This document shows positions 60,670-64,000 of a DNA stretch of 64,000 bases, in pieces. The translations under genes were made by a program, and so were the position numbers. The notes beneath the pieces are model-generated. The model was not told where the DNA came from, made no database searches, and worked only from the letters and a program-made list of their open reading frames with translations. Origin of the DNA: Candidatus Poribacteria bacterium (lineage in GTDB: Bacteria; Poribacteria; WGA-4E; WGA-3G); contig OZ243938.1 in assembly GCA_965214095.1 (NCBI GenBank), forward strand, positions 480,001-544,000, written 5' to 3'. Position 1 is the stretch's first letter, and each line of letters begins with the position of its first letter.

Positions 60670-62094
60670 ATGAAGCAAAAATCCGCTTTCCCAATTTACA
60701 AACCAGAATATCAAGATCATCCAGATTCAAGGTTGATTGCACAACCTTCTGACATGAGTGTACGTGCCACGGAAATTAAAAATCGTATGGCGCGTAAAGT
60801 CTTTATTGAAACTTACGGGTGTCAGATGAATGTCAGTGATAGCGAACTAATGGCTGGAATCTTAACACAATCTGGACACCAAACTGTTTCCGATATTGAA
60901 GATGCGGATGTTATCTTACTCAATACTTGTGCTATTCGTGAAAACGCTGAAACGAAAGTCATCAACCGCCTTGAACATCTAAATTATCGGAAACGCAGAG
61001 AAAGTAATCTTGTTATCGGTGTTTGTGGATGTATGGCACAACATCTGCGAGACAAACTTCTGGAAGCAGCACCCTATGTTGATATTATAATGGGACCTGA
61101 CGCATATCGGAATCTGCCGATGGCACTGAATGCAGTAGTCAGCGGAGACCCATATCTCGGTCTACAGTTGGACAAGGGTGAAGACTATGCTGATATATCA
61201 CCAATACGTAAAGAAGGTATCCGAGCATGGCTCACAATTCAACGCGGATGCGATAAAATGTGCACCTTTTGCATTGTTCCCTTTGTTCGTGGGAGAGAGC
61301 GGAGCATACCTCTAAATATATTGAAAGATGATGTTGAGAGACTTGTAGATGAAGGTTTCAAAGAGATTGTACTACTTGGGCAAACAGTCAACTCCTATCA
61401 TGATGGAAAACACGATTTCGGTGAACTGCTCTGGTCAATGGCTGAAGTAGAAGGTATTGAACGTGTGCGATTTACATCACCACACCCAGCAGATGCAACT
61501 GACAGTATGATAGATGCAATGGAGAATTCTCCTAAGGTCTGCAAACAACTCCACCTACCATTACAATCCGGTTCAACTCAAGTATTAGAACGTATGCGAC
61601 GAACATACACCGCAGAAGAATATCGCAAACTCGTTTACAAACTCAGGGAACGTATACCACAAATCGCACTTTCAACAGATGTAATCGTTGGCTTTTGTGG
61701 CGAAACAGAAGAAGATTTCAACAAAACCTACACCTTAATGGAAGAAATCCAATTTGATTCTGCATTTATGTTCAAATACTCTGATCGGGATGGCACATTA
61801 GCAAATAAAATGTTGGATGACGATGTGCCAGAATCAGAAAAATCGCGTAGGTTAAATGAGATTATCACACTTCAAGAGCAAATTTCCGCTGAAATCAATC
61901 AAACAAAGGTAGGAACTACTGTACCTGTTTTGGTCGAAGGAAATAGCAGGCGTGACAACGAACAATATTATGGAAAATCTGATACATTCAAAACTACAGT
62001 GTTCCCAAAGGAAAACGCACAGATAGGTGACATCGTCAACGTTGAAATCCATTCTGCTACTGCACATACATTGATTGGTCAGATTGTACGGTGA
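60670..62094 (+). CDS. miaB: tRNA 2-methylthio-i6A37 synthase
   Basis: TYGCQMN, NTCAIRE, GCMAQ, CDKMCTFC, TRAM domain. Confidence 0.96.
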   Translation: MKQKSAFPIYKPEYQDHPDSRLIAQPSDMSVRATEIKNRMARKVFIETYGCQMNVSDSELMAGILTQSGHQTVSDIEDADVILLNTCAIRENAETKVINRLEHLNYRKRRESNLVIGVCGCMAQHLRDKLLEAAPYVDIIMGPDAYRNLPMALNAVVSGDPYLGLQLDKGEDYADISPIRKEGIRAWLTIQRGCDKMCTFCIVPFVRGRERSIPLNILKDDVERLVDEGFKEIVLLGQTVNSYHDGKHDFGELLWSMAEVEGIERVRFTSPHPADATDSMIDAMENSPKVCKQLHLPLQSGSTQVLERMRRTYTAEEYRKLVYKLRERIPQIALSTDVIVGFCGETEEDFNKTYTLMEEIQFDSAFMFKYSDRDGTLANKMLDDDVPESEKSRRLNEIITLQEQISAEINQTKVGTTVPVLVEGNSRRDNEQYYGKSDTFKTTVFPKENAQIGDIVNVEIHSATAHTLIGQIVR

Positions 62095-62194
62095 ATTCAC
62101 ATAGGTTATCTATAACCGCCTTTTCATATTAAGTTCGCTATGTGGGTATCACATAGAAGTAAATGAAGAAGATTTCTCTCAAGGGATTACAACT

Positions 62195-63055
62195 ATGGCT
62201 CATGTATGGAGAAAAGAACAGAAAGACAACAGCAGAATCCTTGATAAGTTTTACACGAAACACGAGGTAGTCAAAAGGTGTTTAGATGAAGTCCATAAAC
62301 TACCTTACACCTATGACTGCGTGATAGAACCTTCTGCGGGGAACGGGGCTTTTTATCAGAATATTGAACATCATACTAAAATAGGAATTGATATTGATCC
62401 GCAACATGATGAGATTATCAAAGGTGACTGGTTCAATTACAAAATTAGTGAAGTTTACGAATGTGTATTAGTTATAGGGAATCCCCCGTTCGGTCAATAT
62501 CAGAAACACTCTTCAAACTTTATATCTCATGCTATCTCATTTCGTAATGTTCAAACGATTGCTTTTATTCTACCAGATGTTTATAGAAAACATACACAGC
62601 AAAAAATATTGCCTTATGATTGGAGAATAGTCTCCATCACTGAATTAGGAAGGAATTGCTTCACATTAGATGGAAAGGATTATCATGTACCAGCGAGTTT
62701 TTTTATCTTTGATAAATCAAAAGGAAAAGATTTAAGAGTTAATCCAAATGCCTACACAGAAACAAACGATTTTAAATTCTCCAATAAAGATGATTTTGAC
62801 ATATTTGTATTTGGTGCTTCCCCAAAAAGAATTACAAAAAATCCAACACCAAACAATAGAGGGTACTTCCTTAAGTCGAAAATTCCAGTAGAAGATTTAA
62901 TATCGCGAATCAAAGCAGTTGATTGGAATGGAAATTCTTGTGCAAATGGTGGCGTATATTGGCTAACAAAATATGAATTTTTGGAGCAATATATAAAATG
63001 CCATGAACCAGATAGAGTTAAAGAAAGTCAGAGAAGTTTATTCGATCTTCTATAG
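62195..63055 (+). CDS. Amino-type DNA methyltransferase
   Basis: FYT, IEPSAGNGAF, IGNPPFG, FILP. Confidence 0.88.
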   Translation: MAHVWRKEQKDNSRILDKFYTKHEVVKRCLDEVHKLPYTYDCVIEPSAGNGAFYQNIEHHTKIGIDIDPQHDEIIKGDWFNYKISEVYECVLVIGNPPFGQYQKHSSNFISHAISFRNVQTIAFILPDVYRKHTQQKILPYDWRIVSITELGRNCFTLDGKDYHVPASFFIFDKSKGKDLRVNPNAYTETNDFKFSNKDDFDIFVFGASPKRITKNPTPNNRGYFLKSKIPVEDLISRIKAVDWNGNSCANGGVYWLTKYEFLEQYIKCHEPDRVKESQRSLFDLL

Positions 63056-63103
63056 CGCAAATGTGTTAAGAAAAAACTTCCGACATTTTCACTAGTAAAC
63101 GCC

Positions 63104-63682
63104 ATGAACCAAACAGAACTAAAGAACACGATACATTACATCTTAGACAACTTAGATAACAGTAGAAAAGTTCTGAGTAGTGCAGCAAGTATTAAGGATA
63201 AATTAATTGATTTAACCTTTGAACAAACAATTTCTGAAAAAGAATTTTACAAAATAAGTAGTATTTTGACTCCGCAATCGAGAAGTCCTATGTGGGAAAA
63301 ATATTTCATAGTAAAGCATGATTGTGAAAAAGTCAACAAAAATAAAGAAAGAGGAGACTTCCAAAAGAACGGTAGATACTATGAATACAAATGTTCTGGC
63401 TACAATCAGGATAATGCTGTTCATATTGTTCAAATTAGACCATGGCAGAATTGTGATTATATTGTTCAGTCAATCTCCGATAATGGTGCGATTACTTTTG
63501 TTCTAACTCATGCGGAAGTGATGTTAGAAATGAGGTTACTCAAAGCGTCTCGCGCACATGGAACTAAAGTTCTAAGAAATAATGAAAACATAGAATTCAG
63601 AATGACCCTGAAGATAGATTCGGATGATTGGCAAAGATGGATAAATAACTATCTCAGGAAGGATGATTTTTTTCAACATTGA
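63104..63682 (+). CDS. Putative type II restriction endonuclease
   Basis: WE...RGD......YYEYKCS...QIR resembles a PD-(D/E)xK core; adjacent to the methyltransferase. Confidence 0.6.
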   Translation: MNQTELKNTIHYILDNLDNSRKVLSSAASIKDKLIDLTFEQTISEKEFYKISSILTPQSRSPMWEKYFIVKHDCEKVNKNKERGDFQKNGRYYEYKCSGYNQDNAVHIVQIRPWQNCDYIVQSISDNGAITFVLTHAEVMLEMRLLKASRAHGTKVLRNNENIEFRMTLKIDSDDWQRWINNYLRKDDFFQH

Positions 63683-63695
63683 AAGTATTTACTTT

Positions 63696-64000
63696 ATGCA
63701 AAAAATTAGAATTAAAAGCAGATTAGAAATAGAGAAAATGAAACGCAGCGGACAAGCCGCAGCAACTGTCCTGAAGACAATCGCAGATGCAATTCAACCC
63801 GGTGTATCTACTTACGAACTGGAGATGTTATCTCGCAAAGCAATTGCTGAAATTAACGCCACATCTTCATTCCTTAACTATGTCATTCCAGACCATCCGC
63901 CATATCCAGCCACGATTTGTGTCTCAGTCAACAACATTGTGATCCACGGGATTCCTGACCAAAATGAAGTCCTTAAGGAAGGGGACATCATTGGTGTAGA
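63696..64000 (+). CDS. map: Type I methionine aminopeptidase (truncated at window end)
   Basis: Hand translation IKS..EIEKM..SG, PGVST.EL, FLNY, ICVSVN...IHGIP, LKEGDII. Confidence 0.95.
   Translation, partial: MQKIRIKSRLEIEKMKRSGQAAATVLKTIADAIQPGVSTYELEMLSRKAIAEINATSSFLNYVIPDHPPYPATICVSVNNIVIHGIPDQNEVLKEGDIIGV

Overview
About 60 genes from a low-GC (roughly 40% by eye) bacterial chromosome. The likely source is Candidatus Poribacteria, inferred from the C-terminal VEPxGKLATxWGxIK motif on a LamG-like protein, a WD40 protein with the LPEGAKARLGKG motif, a sulfatase and sugar-acid catabolism genes. Housekeeping genes include gap, tpiA, secG, tsaC, tsaD, glcB, msrB, miaB, mobA and a partial map. 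Accessory content includes two TnpA-less IS200/IS605 elements with catalytically intact TnpB, a split cobalamin methyltransferase system with an ATP-dependent activator, two DNA methyltransferase loci and a Gld-like ABC module. Main signals missed by the ORF track: a SelW/Rdx-type selenoprotein gene (CxxU, in-frame TGA, candidate SECIS); a DddK/DddW-like DMSP-lyase cupin with a 1-nt frameshift; many GTAG-type REP hairpins carried inside at least three different MITE shells, some rewriting gene C-termini; a 3x96-bp intergenic triplication; and two leaderless-type promoters. All family assignments come from motif recognition, not database searches.
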